Shown here: piece after piece, positions 55,886-63,345 of the stretch | Layout of the letters: each line of letters opens with the position of its first letter | Numbering within the stretch: the first letter of the stretch is position 1 | Source of the DNA: Candidatus Melainabacteria bacterium GWF2_37_15 | GTDB taxonomy: Bacteria > Cyanobacteriota > Vampirovibrionia > Gastranaerophilales > UBA9971 | DNA: 64,000 nucleotides | Reading direction: 5' to 3' | NCBI GenBank assembly: GCA_001784565.1 | Contig: MFRL01000027.1 | Location: forward strand, 660-64,659 | Notes under the pieces: model-generated | What the model was told of the DNA's origin: nothing | Database searches by the model: none | What the model saw: only the letters and a program-made list of their open reading frames with translations | Translations under genes and position numbers: made by a program

Positions 55886-56806
55886 ATGAAAGCAGCAGTA
55901 CTTAGAGAAGGTAATAAAAATCTTGTAATAGAAGACATCCCCATCCCCGAACCCGGAGCTGGCGAGGTGCTGGTAAAAGTGGCGGCCTGCGGTGTATGCC
56001 AGACAGACCTTCACTATATTGACCACGGAATACCAACCCAGAAAAAGCCGCCTATGATCCTTGGCCACGAAATATCAGGCATTGTAACAGCTACAGGCCA
56101 GAGGGTTTTACTGCTGCCGATATTCTGCGATAACAGAATAATGCTGGGTAATACAATTGACGGGGGGTTTGCCGAATATGTTAAAGTCCCGGAAGAAGCC
56201 GTTATACCCCTGCCTGATGAAATCCCGCTGGAAGAAGGCTGCATAATAGCTGATGCCGTTTCAACCCCTTACCATGCGGTTATGAACCGGGCAAAAGTAA
56301 AGCCTACGGATAAAGTAATTGTATTTGGATGCGGAGGCGTTGGGATGAACGTTGTGCAGATCTCTGCAATGCTAGGCGCGGAAGTCACAGCCTGCGACAT
56401 TGATGAAAATAAACTGGAAATTGCAAAGGAGCTCGGTGCTGCATACACAGTAAAACCTGACCAGATTAATACGAAGTATGATGTTGCCTTTGAAGTAATT
56501 GGTAAGCCGGAAACAATCGAAGCAGCGTTTAAGACCCTCGGCAAAGCGGGGAGGTTGTGTGTCATAGGCTACACAAATCAGAATATAACCATAAACCCCG
56601 CCAAGATTATGTTTTTTGAGCAGGAAATAATCGGTTCTATCGGGTGCAGGATTGGCGATTACTCGAAAATTTTTAAACTTGTTATTGATGGTAAAATAAA
56701 GCTTGATAAGTTAATTGCGAATAAATATAGGCTTGAGGGTATTAACAAAGCCCTGGATGAATTAAGAAAATCAAAAGTATTGAGGAATATAATATTACTC
56801 AGCTAA
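55886..56806 (+). CDS. Zinc-type (MDR) alcohol dehydrogenase family protein lacking the structural-zinc lobe
   Basis: ACGVCQTDLH, GHEISG, and the GCGGVG Rossmann motif. Only 26 aa separate GHEISG from DGGFAEY. Confidence 0.75.
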   Translation: MKAAVLREGNKNLVIEDIPIPEPGAGEVLVKVAACGVCQTDLHYIDHGIPTQKKPPMILGHEISGIVTATGQRVLLLPIFCDNRIMLGNTIDGGFAEYVKVPEEAVIPLPDEIPLEEGCIIADAVSTPYHAVMNRAKVKPTDKVIVFGCGGVGMNVVQISAMLGAEVTACDIDENKLEIAKELGAAYTVKPDQINTKYDVAFEVIGKPETIEAAFKTLGKAGRLCVIGYTNQNITINPAKIMFFEQEIIGSIGCRIGDYSKIFKLVIDGKIKLDKLIANKYRLEGINKALDELRKSKVLRNIILLS

Positions 56807-57184
56807 CTGCTTTATAACTTTTATAAATTCTTCTGTATCGTGAATATCACTAATAAGAGCTTGCTTATCAGGTTGGAATGTAATTGTATAATCGCTTCTT
56901 TGTCTATTATCAAATGTTTTTATGTATAGTTTACCGTATTTTTCTTCTACTTTGTTGGTTTTAATGAATTCCCTGTTAAACCATCCTAATAATTGTCCAT
57001 GTTTTGATGTAGCAAAACCATATTTTTGGGCTAATGCTGATATTGCGTAGAAGATCGCATAGTATAACCTGTTCTGTGTTGTTGATAAACGGTTATTTCC
57101 TACTGCAATCTTTGCATCGTCCATAGCTTCATCTGATTTTAACAACCAGTTTTTTATCAATAATTCTTTATCTCTACCTTGCAT
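56795..57184 (-). CDS. HEPN domain protein (UPF0332-like), toxin of a HEPN/MNT pair
   Basis: NRLYYAIFYAISAL...SKHGQL...RQRSDY matches the UPF0332/HEPN pattern. The start is at the ATG at 57184, overlapping the MNT stop. Confidence 0.7.
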   Translation of the reverse strand: MQGRDKELLIKNWLLKSDEAMDDAKIAVGNNRLSTTQNRLYYAIFYAISALAQKYGFATSKHGQLLGWFNREFIKTNKVEEKYGKLYIKTFDNRQRSDYTITFQPDKQALISDIHDTEEFIKVIKQLAE

Positions 57185-57473
57185 AGTAAAACCCTTTTTT
57201 AACTTCATCAAAATAAATCCAGTTAAAATTAAGTTCCTCAAGGGTCATAGGCTGAAAATCAATTATGGCATCATATTTTATCATTAAATCTAATGTTTCC
57301 CCGTGAACCTCTGTTGATTGTTCCCGACGTGTTTTAAACACTCCAACAATATCAATATCACTGTCAAGTGTTGCTGTCCCCTTTGCGTATGAGCCATATA
57401 AATATAAACCCATAAAGTCATCATATTTTCGCAATTTATCGCATAATTCCTGCGCAATTTTTTTTGCGTTCAT
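57174..57473 (-). CDS. Minimal nucleotidyltransferase (MNT), antitoxin-type partner of HEPN
   Basis: It has the GSYAKG...DSDIDI NTase motif. The product is 99 aa. Confidence 0.75.
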   Translation of the reverse strand: MNAKKIAQELCDKLRKYDDFMGLYLYGSYAKGTATLDSDIDIVGVFKTRREQSTEVHGETLDLMIKYDAIIDFQPMTLEELNFNWIYFDEVKKGFYYAR

Positions 57474-57510
57474 AGCAACCTCTTTATTTTTGGTTTATTA
57501 TAACATAATA

Positions 57511-57867
57511 ATGTTTGAACTAAGCGTAGAATCACATTTTTCATCAGCACACCGCCTACTTAACTACGAAGGCAAGTGCGAAAACGTCCACGGCCATAAC
57601 TGGAAGGTGGAAATCACAATCGCAGGCGAAACCCTGGATAAATCAGGAATGCTGATTGACTTTAAAATCCTTAAATCCACGCTTGATGAAGTATTGGATA
57701 AACTTGACCATAAAGACCTGAACAGCCTCGAGGAATTAAAAGGCATCAGCCCGAGCAGTGAAAATATAGCAAAATTTATTTATGACGAGTTAAAACAGCA
57801 GCTTCCACAGCTTACACAGGTAGCTGTATGGGAAACTGAAAAGGCAAAAGCTGTTTATAGATCCTGA
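57511..57867 (+). CDS. queD: 6-carboxy-5,6,7,8-tetrahydropterin synthase
   Basis: FSSAHRL, CENVHGHNW, and a size of about 118 aa from the ATG at 57511. Confidence 0.9.
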   Translation: MFELSVESHFSSAHRLLNYEGKCENVHGHNWKVEITIAGETLDKSGMLIDFKILKSTLDEVLDKLDHKDLNSLEELKGISPSSENIAKFIYDELKQQLPQLTQVAVWETEKAKAVYRS

Positions 57868-58370
57868 GCCTCGCTTATAACACCAATAACTGTATTAATG
57901 GGTTCTATGGCCGTGCTAGCATTACTTTCTCCCACTTGTTTCAAATAATTATTCAAAAATACAAGCTGCTTATAGGATTCATAATGTTTTTCAGGGCTGT
58001 CTTCGTACTTTTCCTTAAATCTATCTACGTACAAACCCAACAAAAAGGTTTTTGCATTAAATAACTGGATTTTATTTTTTGGATTTTTTTCCTGTTCGAG
58101 GATGCTTTTTATTTCTTTTAATAAGTACTCAACTTCTTTAATATCTGCAATGTAGTCACTATATTTATTGACACTGTAGCCGGTGCTGACCCGTGGTGCA
58201 ATTATTGAAACAGGAGTTTCAGGAGAGGGTTTACGCTTTTCTATGGTTGCTTCCTGTCTTTGAGCCCCTTCGTTGGTGGTTTCACCTAATTTGGGGAGTT
58301 CTCCCATGTATCCAAAACCTGAAATAAAAAGAGGGAAAGTTAAAAGCAATGCAAGTTTAACGATTTTCAT
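57855..58370 (-). CDS. Hypothetical secreted protein
   Basis: Signal-like MKIVKLALLLTFPLFISGFG. No recognisable domain. Confidence 0.45.
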   Translation of the reverse strand: MKIVKLALLLTFPLFISGFGYMGELPKLGETTNEGAQRQEATIEKRKPSPETPVSIIAPRVSTGYSVNKYSDYIADIKEVEYLLKEIKSILEQEKNPKNKIQLFNAKTFLLGLYVDRFKEKYEDSPEKHYESYKQLVFLNNYLKQVGESNASTAIEPINTVIGVISEAQDL

Positions 58371-58506
58371 AAACGACCAGCCTCTCGTTTTTTTAAAGTT
58401 AAGACACTTTTGTTATTTTAGTGATTTTTTATGAGTTTGACAAGGTAGTAAAAGTTGAATTTTGAGTTACTTTGTAAACATTTTGTAACGTTTTTTGAAG
58501 TTTGCA

Positions 58507-58533
58507 TAAAGTTAAACCTAAAAATACCGATTT
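58507..58533 (+). promoter_or_regulatory. Sigma-28 (FliA) promoter, TAAAGTTA-N11-ACCGATTT
   Basis: The -35 matches TAAAGTTT at 7 of 8 positions, the -10 keeps the CCGAT core, and the spacer is exactly 11 nt. It lies about 125 nt upstream of the ATG at 58658. Confidence 0.6.
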
Positions 58534-58657
58534 ATATAGTAAGAAACCTCCTCACCTTACCTCAAACGTTTATCTTACCTTTTTTCTACTACATTAACTT
58601 ACCCCTATTCAGGGGAAATCCGAATGCAACTAATTAAAAAATAACAGGAGAAGATAT

Positions 58658-59029
58658 ATGAGCGAAATTCGTATCAACAAACTTAACAACTACCAGCCGC
58701 CAAAAACATCAGGTCAGCCTAAAAAAGAGGAAACAACCCAACAGGAAATAAAACAAGAGCCTACATTGAGCCAAAAAGCCCCGGATGAAGTATTAGGGTT
58801 CATGGCTAATCAGGCAATGCTCGGAAAAGCTGGCATAACCGGAAAAAAAGCCGTTGATGTAAATAAATACGTTGATACAGAGAGCAAAGAAAGAATTGAA
58901 AAAATAATGGTTGCTTTTGAAGCAAACATTCTTAAAACCGCAGAAACAGCGATAAAAGAGTTTGGGATATCAGAAAGAGCTGCATCTGATGCTGCTATAA
59001 TCGGATTTAACCGAAAATTCCTTGTTTAA
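58658..59029 (+). CDS. Hypothetical protein under a sigma-28 promoter (weak FlgM-like candidate)
   Basis: 123 aa with an AGGAG RBS, a polar disordered-looking N-terminal half and a helical C-terminal half. A terminator follows. Confidence 0.5.
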   Translation: MSEIRINKLNNYQPPKTSGQPKKEETTQQEIKQEPTLSQKAPDEVLGFMANQAMLGKAGITGKKAVDVNKYVDTESKERIEKIMVAFEANILKTAETAIKEFGISERAASDAAIIGFNRKFLV

Positions 59030-59050
59030 ATTCTTTTGTCGATAACCCAC

Positions 59051-59075
59051 AAAAAGCCCCTCTAGGGGGCTTTTT
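59051..59075. terminator. Bidirectional terminator between convergent genes
   Basis: The sequence is A5-GCCCC-TCTAG-GGGGC-T5. It overlaps the stop of the minus-strand gene at 59074. Confidence 0.75.
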
Positions 59076-59595
59076 AATTGGGATTAATTACTCTACATTC
59101 TTCGTGAATTTTAGCTAAGGTATTATCATGGATATCTGAGAGGGGTTTAAACGAGTTATAACTCTTCGTAAAAACATCTCCGAGAGACTTTTCTATAATT
59201 TCTTTTCCATTTTTACTTACTTTTACCTCCCCTGTTTTACAGTTAGCGTTAACTATAACCCCGTTATCAAATTCCAGTTTTAAGTTATCCTCTTGCTTTG
59301 AAATTTTTGTATCTTTATTAATTTTAGCTCCCGTTTTATCAAGACTATGTCCTATTGCTATTATATCCCGTCGGGTTTGTTCAACTTCTATAGCACGATT
59401 TGCACCAAGACCAAATCCTGTAAGACATGCTATAAATACAGTGCCTGCTGTGAGCGCTTTAAGTGACATATTTTTATTTTTTGCTTCGGAATGTTGGGAT
59501 TTTTTCCCGCCAAAACAAACCCCACTCCGCTGCATTGAGACGGGCCTTCTTTGTACCGGCTTATTTTGTAGGTTTATAAAATTAATATTTAGCAT
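59074..59595 (-). CDS. Hypothetical single-pass membrane protein (VCFGG motif)
   Basis: 173 aa with a basic stretch, then the TM helix ALTAGTVFIACLTGFGLG. The architecture resembles the ORF at 30377. Confidence 0.45.
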   Translation of the reverse strand: MLNINFINLQNKPVQRRPVSMQRSGVCFGGKKSQHSEAKNKNMSLKALTAGTVFIACLTGFGLGANRAIEVEQTRRDIIAIGHSLDKTGAKINKDTKISKQEDNLKLEFDNGVIVNANCKTGEVKVSKNGKEIIEKSLGDVFTKSYNSFKPLSDIHDNTLAKIHEECRVINPN

Positions 59596-59660
59596 AGCTT
59601 TACAAAGAAGCTAAAAATATATAATTGCTTTGTTTATAAACTTTTTTTACAAAATTTAAT

Positions 59661-60299
59661 CTAAACGTGATCTTTTTCTATTAAATATTCCCGAATCTTA
59701 TTTAGCGCAGATTGAACAATCCTCGTAACCCTGGACGGAGAAAGCCCCATGTAAGTAGCAACGTCCTTTACCTGCAAATTTCTGTAAAACCTGTACTCAA
59801 CTATTGTTCTCTCTTTAGGAGGTAGAGAAGCAATTGCCTTTTTAATGCCTTTGCTAAGTTCAATTAATTCCAGCCGCTCCTCAGGCAGGGCAGCACTGTC
59901 TTTTAAGAAATCAAACGGGGTATCATTTTCAGAAGCATCAGACATGCTGTCTATAGAAAGGATGGTTTCATAAATGCCTTCACGCAGTTTTTCCGGGGAA
60001 ACGTCAAGACTACTACCTTCTTCGCCTTCTTCCTCAGGTTTTCCGCCCTGTTTATAGGAATACCATTTATAACGGTTTCTTAATTCATTCCTGATAGCCC
60101 ACCTTACTGCAGTACCTATGTATGATTTATTATACTTTTCCAGTTCTTCGCCGCTTTTTCCTTTAATAAGAGATTGCACGGCAATTATTCCAATACTTAC
60201 CAGCTCTTCATGATCAACCATGTGAGATGGAATGCGCCTCTGCTCTATGCGTGCGACCTTTTCAACTATTTCTAAGTAATCTTTTACTTTACTATGCAT
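59661..60299 (-). CDS. fliA: Sigma-70 family factor, FliA/sigma-28 type
   Basis: It has region 2 (YIGTAVRWAIRNELRN) and region 4 HTH (VKDVATYMGLSPSRVTRIVQSALNKIR). It overlaps the flhB stop by 8 nt, and sigma-28 consensus promoters are present in the window. Confidence 0.7.
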   Translation of the reverse strand: MHSKVKDYLEIVEKVARIEQRRIPSHMVDHEELVSIGIIAVQSLIKGKSGEELEKYNKSYIGTAVRWAIRNELRNRYKWYSYKQGGKPEEEGEEGSSLDVSPEKLREGIYETILSIDSMSDASENDTPFDFLKDSAALPEERLELIELSKGIKKAIASLPPKERTIVEYRFYRNLQVKDVATYMGLSPSRVTRIVQSALNKIREYLIEKDHV

Positions 60300-61374
60300 T
60301 ATTTGTATTTACTTTGGTATCTTTACGTAAATTATAAACAAATAATAGAATTTCGGCTACAGCTTTATATAATTCAGGTGGAATTTCTCTGTTTATTTCC
60401 ACAAATCTAAATATGGCCCGTGCAACCGGAGGGTTCTCTATCACTGGAATATTGTGCTCTTTAGCTATTTGAATAATTTTTTTTGCAAATAATTCTGTTC
60501 CTTTTGCGAGAAGTCTGGGAGCTTCCATTTTTTCTGAATCATATTTTAATGCAACTGCAATATGTGTAGGATTTGTTATAACAAAGTCAGAATCAGGAAC
60601 AGAATCCTGCATAGTTTTATGTAACATTTGCATACGTTTCTGTCTGAGGGCTGCTTTAACATGAGGATCGCCTTCCGAGTTTTTATATTCATCCCTTATT
60701 TCTTTAAAAGACATTTTCTGGTCCTTGAGAAATTTCCAGCGTGTAAAAGCATAGTCAGCTCCTGCAATGACAAGAAATATAATCCCGGCTTTTATAACGA
60801 AGTCAATTATCATTTGGCCGAATGCGTAAAGAATTGCAAAGGTATTTTCCATTGCGCATAAAGAAAGAAGGGCAGGAATGTGGGCTTTAAAAACAAAAAA
60901 GGCTACTAACCCAAGCACAATAACTTTAACTACGTTTTTAGCAAGTTCAAAGTATGTTTTCAAACTAAAAAAGATATTCTTAAATCCTGAAACAGGATTT
61001 AGTTTGTCAAACTTTGGCTCTATGGATTTAGTGGCAAAAAGAGGCCCTACCTGCATAAAATCCCCGGCTATGGCCACCAGGCATGATAAAAAAAGTATAG
61101 GAACAATAATCAGTATCGTTGGAAATACCGCAAGAAATAATACATATGTATATCCTATTTTATCCAAATTTGCATTAGGAATCTGTTCATAAAGAAGAAT
61201 AAAAAGCTTGGAAATCTGATTCCATAGAAGAGGAGCAAGAGCATTTAAGGCAAGAAACATAACCAGAAGTGATAAAGCAGTGGATAAATCCTTGCTTTTA
61301 ACTACCTGTCCTTCTTTCCTTACTTTTCGCAGTTTTTGAGCCGTTGCCTCAAATGGTTTATCTTCGTCAGCCAT
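60292..61374 (-). CDS. flhB: Flagellar biosynthesis protein FlhB
   Basis: N-terminal EKPFEATAQKLRKVRKEGQV, four TM helices, EGDPHVKA, and the autocleavage site NPTH. Confidence 0.9.
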   Translation of the reverse strand: MADEDKPFEATAQKLRKVRKEGQVVKSKDLSTALSLLVMFLALNALAPLLWNQISKLFILLYEQIPNANLDKIGYTYVLFLAVFPTILIIVPILFLSCLVAIAGDFMQVGPLFATKSIEPKFDKLNPVSGFKNIFFSLKTYFELAKNVVKVIVLGLVAFFVFKAHIPALLSLCAMENTFAILYAFGQMIIDFVIKAGIIFLVIAGADYAFTRWKFLKDQKMSFKEIRDEYKNSEGDPHVKAALRQKRMQMLHKTMQDSVPDSDFVITNPTHIAVALKYDSEKMEAPRLLAKGTELFAKKIIQIAKEHNIPVIENPPVARAIFRFVEINREIPPELYKAVAEILLFVYNLRKDTKVNTNNA

Positions 61375-61394
61375 TTACTGTTTCCTTTATAGGT

Positions 61395-61664
61395 TTATAA
61401 ATCCCTATAAACTTCCCTTCGATGATTTATTTTAAGAAATTTTATAATAATATTATTAGTTGTTTCAATTTTTTCAAAAATAATTCTATAATCACCGCTT
61501 CTTATTCTATAATAATTTTTAAATCCTTTTAGTTTTATCCAGTCACATAAAAATGGATTAATAATAAATTTATCCACACTGAATTTAATTTGTTTTATTG
61601 TCTGTTTATCAAGTTTTTCAACATCTTTTTGAAATTTCTTCGAAAATTCGAATTTATAGGTCAT
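61395..61664 (-). CDS. RelE/ParE-family toxin
   Basis: 89 aa from the ATG at 61664. The FSKKFQKDVEKLDK...YRIRSGDYRIIF pattern is typical of RelE/ParE. Confidence 0.65.
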   Translation of the reverse strand: MTYKFEFSKKFQKDVEKLDKQTIKQIKFSVDKFIINPFLCDWIKLKGFKNYYRIRSGDYRIIFEKIETTNNIIIKFLKINHRREVYRDL

Positions 61665-61896
61665 TATTGCCCCACATTTCAGTATAAGAAATGGATTTTG
61701 AGGAGCTTGACTCGTGAAGGTCCTTGATTTCCTGTTCACTCAAAGTTTCTGATTCTTCTTTAACTGTTTTAAAAGCTTCATCGAAAACTTTTTTTCTTCT
61801 TTCATTGATAAACTGAGCAAAATCAATAACTTCCGCAAGTTCTATTTCATTAAGATTTTCAATTATTTTATTCAACTTATCTTTAGATGTAGCCAT
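61654..61896 (-). CDS. Putative antitoxin of the RelE/ParE pair
   Basis: 80-aa acidic product. Its stop overlaps the toxin start by 11 nt. Confidence 0.5.
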   Translation of the reverse strand: MATSKDKLNKIIENLNEIELAEVIDFAQFINERRKKVFDEAFKTVKEESETLSEQEIKDLHESSSSKSISYTEMWGNNDL

Positions 61897-61950
61897 AGTT
61901 TAACCTTTATTCTTTTTATTTATTATAGCATAAAGAGGGTTAATTTATGT

Positions 61951-62397
61951 TTATGTTAACCCCCTACATTTTTCACACAAACCGAATATCTTAAACTGAT
62001 AATCCCGTATTTCGAAACTATTATTGCGCTTTGCTATCTTAATAGCGTAGTCATACAGGTTTTTATCTTCAAATTCCACAGTCAGTCCGCAGGAATTACA
62101 TATTAGGTGTTGATGTTGTTTGTTATCAGGACCTTTCAGTTCATAATGCTTATGGTCCTCACCAAAATCCAGCTCCCTTATAAACCCGTTTATCACAAGA
62201 AATTTCAGGCTTCTGTATAATGTAGCAAGACTTATTTTAATCCCTTTCTCCGTAAGCTTTTTGTGCATTTCTTCTGCGCTTAGATGTTCCCCATCAGGCA
62301 AGTTATAAAAGAATTCCAGCAATTGCTCCCGCTGAGAGGTAATCCTGTAGCCTTCTTCCCTTAGTTTATTAAACTTTTCTTTTGCTTCATGCGTCAT
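61951..62397 (-). CDS. fur: Fur family transcriptional regulator
   Basis: It has a wHTH (SLATLYRSLKFL), HHEL/HQHLIC and paired CxxC motifs (CNSCG, CEKC). Confidence 0.85.
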   Translation of the reverse strand: MTHEAKEKFNKLREEGYRITSQREQLLEFFYNLPDGEHLSAEEMHKKLTEKGIKISLATLYRSLKFLVINGFIRELDFGEDHKHYELKGPDNKQHQHLICNSCGLTVEFEDKNLYDYAIKIAKRNNSFEIRDYQFKIFGLCEKCRGLT

Positions 62398-62409
62398 AAT
62401 TATAATTAT
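62396..62409. promoter_or_regulatory. Perfect 14-bp AT palindrome ATAATTATAATTAT (candidate Fur-family operator)
   Basis: It is self-complementary as read. It overlaps the fur start codon and a TATAAT box on the minus strand. It resembles the AT-rich 7-1-7 Fur/PerR operator class. Confidence 0.35.
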
Positions 62410-62411
62410 AC

Positions 62412-62439
62412 TTGAAAATAAATGTTGACATGGTATAAA
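62412..62439 (+). promoter_or_regulatory. Sigma-70-like promoter TTGAAA-N16-TGgTATAAA (extended -10)
   Basis: The hexamers were read directly. The -10 ends 6 nt before the ATG at 62446. Confidence 0.4.
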
Positions 62440-62445
62440 ACCCCT

Positions 62446-63345
62446 ATGACCACCGCTATTAATTATGAAAAAGATATAAAACTGGCAAAACTTGCAGGGT
62501 TCTGTTATGGGGTAAAAAGAGCAGTAGAAGAATCAATCAGGATTAAAAAGGAGAATCCTGAAACACCGGTCTACATCTTAGGTAAACTTATCCATAATAA
62601 CCAGGTATCGGAACACCTCGAAAGCCTTGGAATTCATACACTTACGGAAATCCCTGAAATTCTAGAAGGAATTTGTATTATAAGGACACATGGAGCAACC
62701 CCTCAAACTAAAGAAGAACTTGAGAAAAAAGGGTGTAAAGTTGTAGATTTAACCTGCCCGGATGTAAAAAGGGTTCAGGATAAAGCCAAAGCGCTGGCAA
62801 AAGATGGATATAAAGTCATAGTAATAGGTAAAGCCGATCATCCGGAAGTAATGGCAATAAAAGCGCATGCTGACCAGTATTCAGAAAGTCTTGTTATTTC
62901 TTCAATGCAGGAAGTTGAGAAAAATATTGAAAAAATAAGAACATTCAAGAAAATTGGAGTGGTGATTCAGACCACGCAATTGGTAGATAACTTTAAACAG
63001 ATAATTCCCCTGATAGGAGAACACTCAAAAGAACTTAAAGTTTATAATACTATATGTGATGCTACTTTCGAGAGACAAAAAGCCGCACAGGAACTTGCAA
63101 GTACAGTAGATTTGATGATAGTGGTGGGAAGCAAGGAAAGCGCGAATACAACACATCTGACAGAAATACTTAAACCTGTGAAGAATACACTGCATATTGA
63201 AAGTAAGGAAGAATTGAAAAAATATAGGGATTTAATCATAAATACACATAAAATCGGAATAACAGCCGGTGCTTCAACGCCGGATTTTGTAATTAGGGAA
63301 GTAATTAATGAGATAGGAAAAATAGGAGAAAAGACTCGTGAATGA
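62446..63345 (+). CDS. ispH: 4-hydroxy-3-methylbut-2-enyl diphosphate reductase
   Basis: AGFCYGVKRAV, RTHG and ICDAT motifs. An alternative upstream ATG at 62422 would lie inside the putative promoter. Confidence 0.9.
   Translation: MTTAINYEKDIKLAKLAGFCYGVKRAVEESIRIKKENPETPVYILGKLIHNNQVSEHLESLGIHTLTEIPEILEGICIIRTHGATPQTKEELEKKGCKVVDLTCPDVKRVQDKAKALAKDGYKVIVIGKADHPEVMAIKAHADQYSESLVISSMQEVEKNIEKIRTFKKIGVVIQTTQLVDNFKQIIPLIGEHSKELKVYNTICDATFERQKAAQELASTVDLMIVVGSKESANTTHLTEILKPVKNTLHIESKEELKKYRDLIINTHKIGITAGASTPDFVIREVINEIGKIGEKTRE

Noticed and set aside
2625-57510. Riboswitches upstream of thiG (TPP), the B12-radical SAM gene (cobalamin), cysC (SAM) and queD (preQ1).
   Set aside because: The leaders are too short (12 nt for thiG, ~37 nt for queD) or lack any recognisable conserved cores, such as CUGAGA for TPP or the B12 box.
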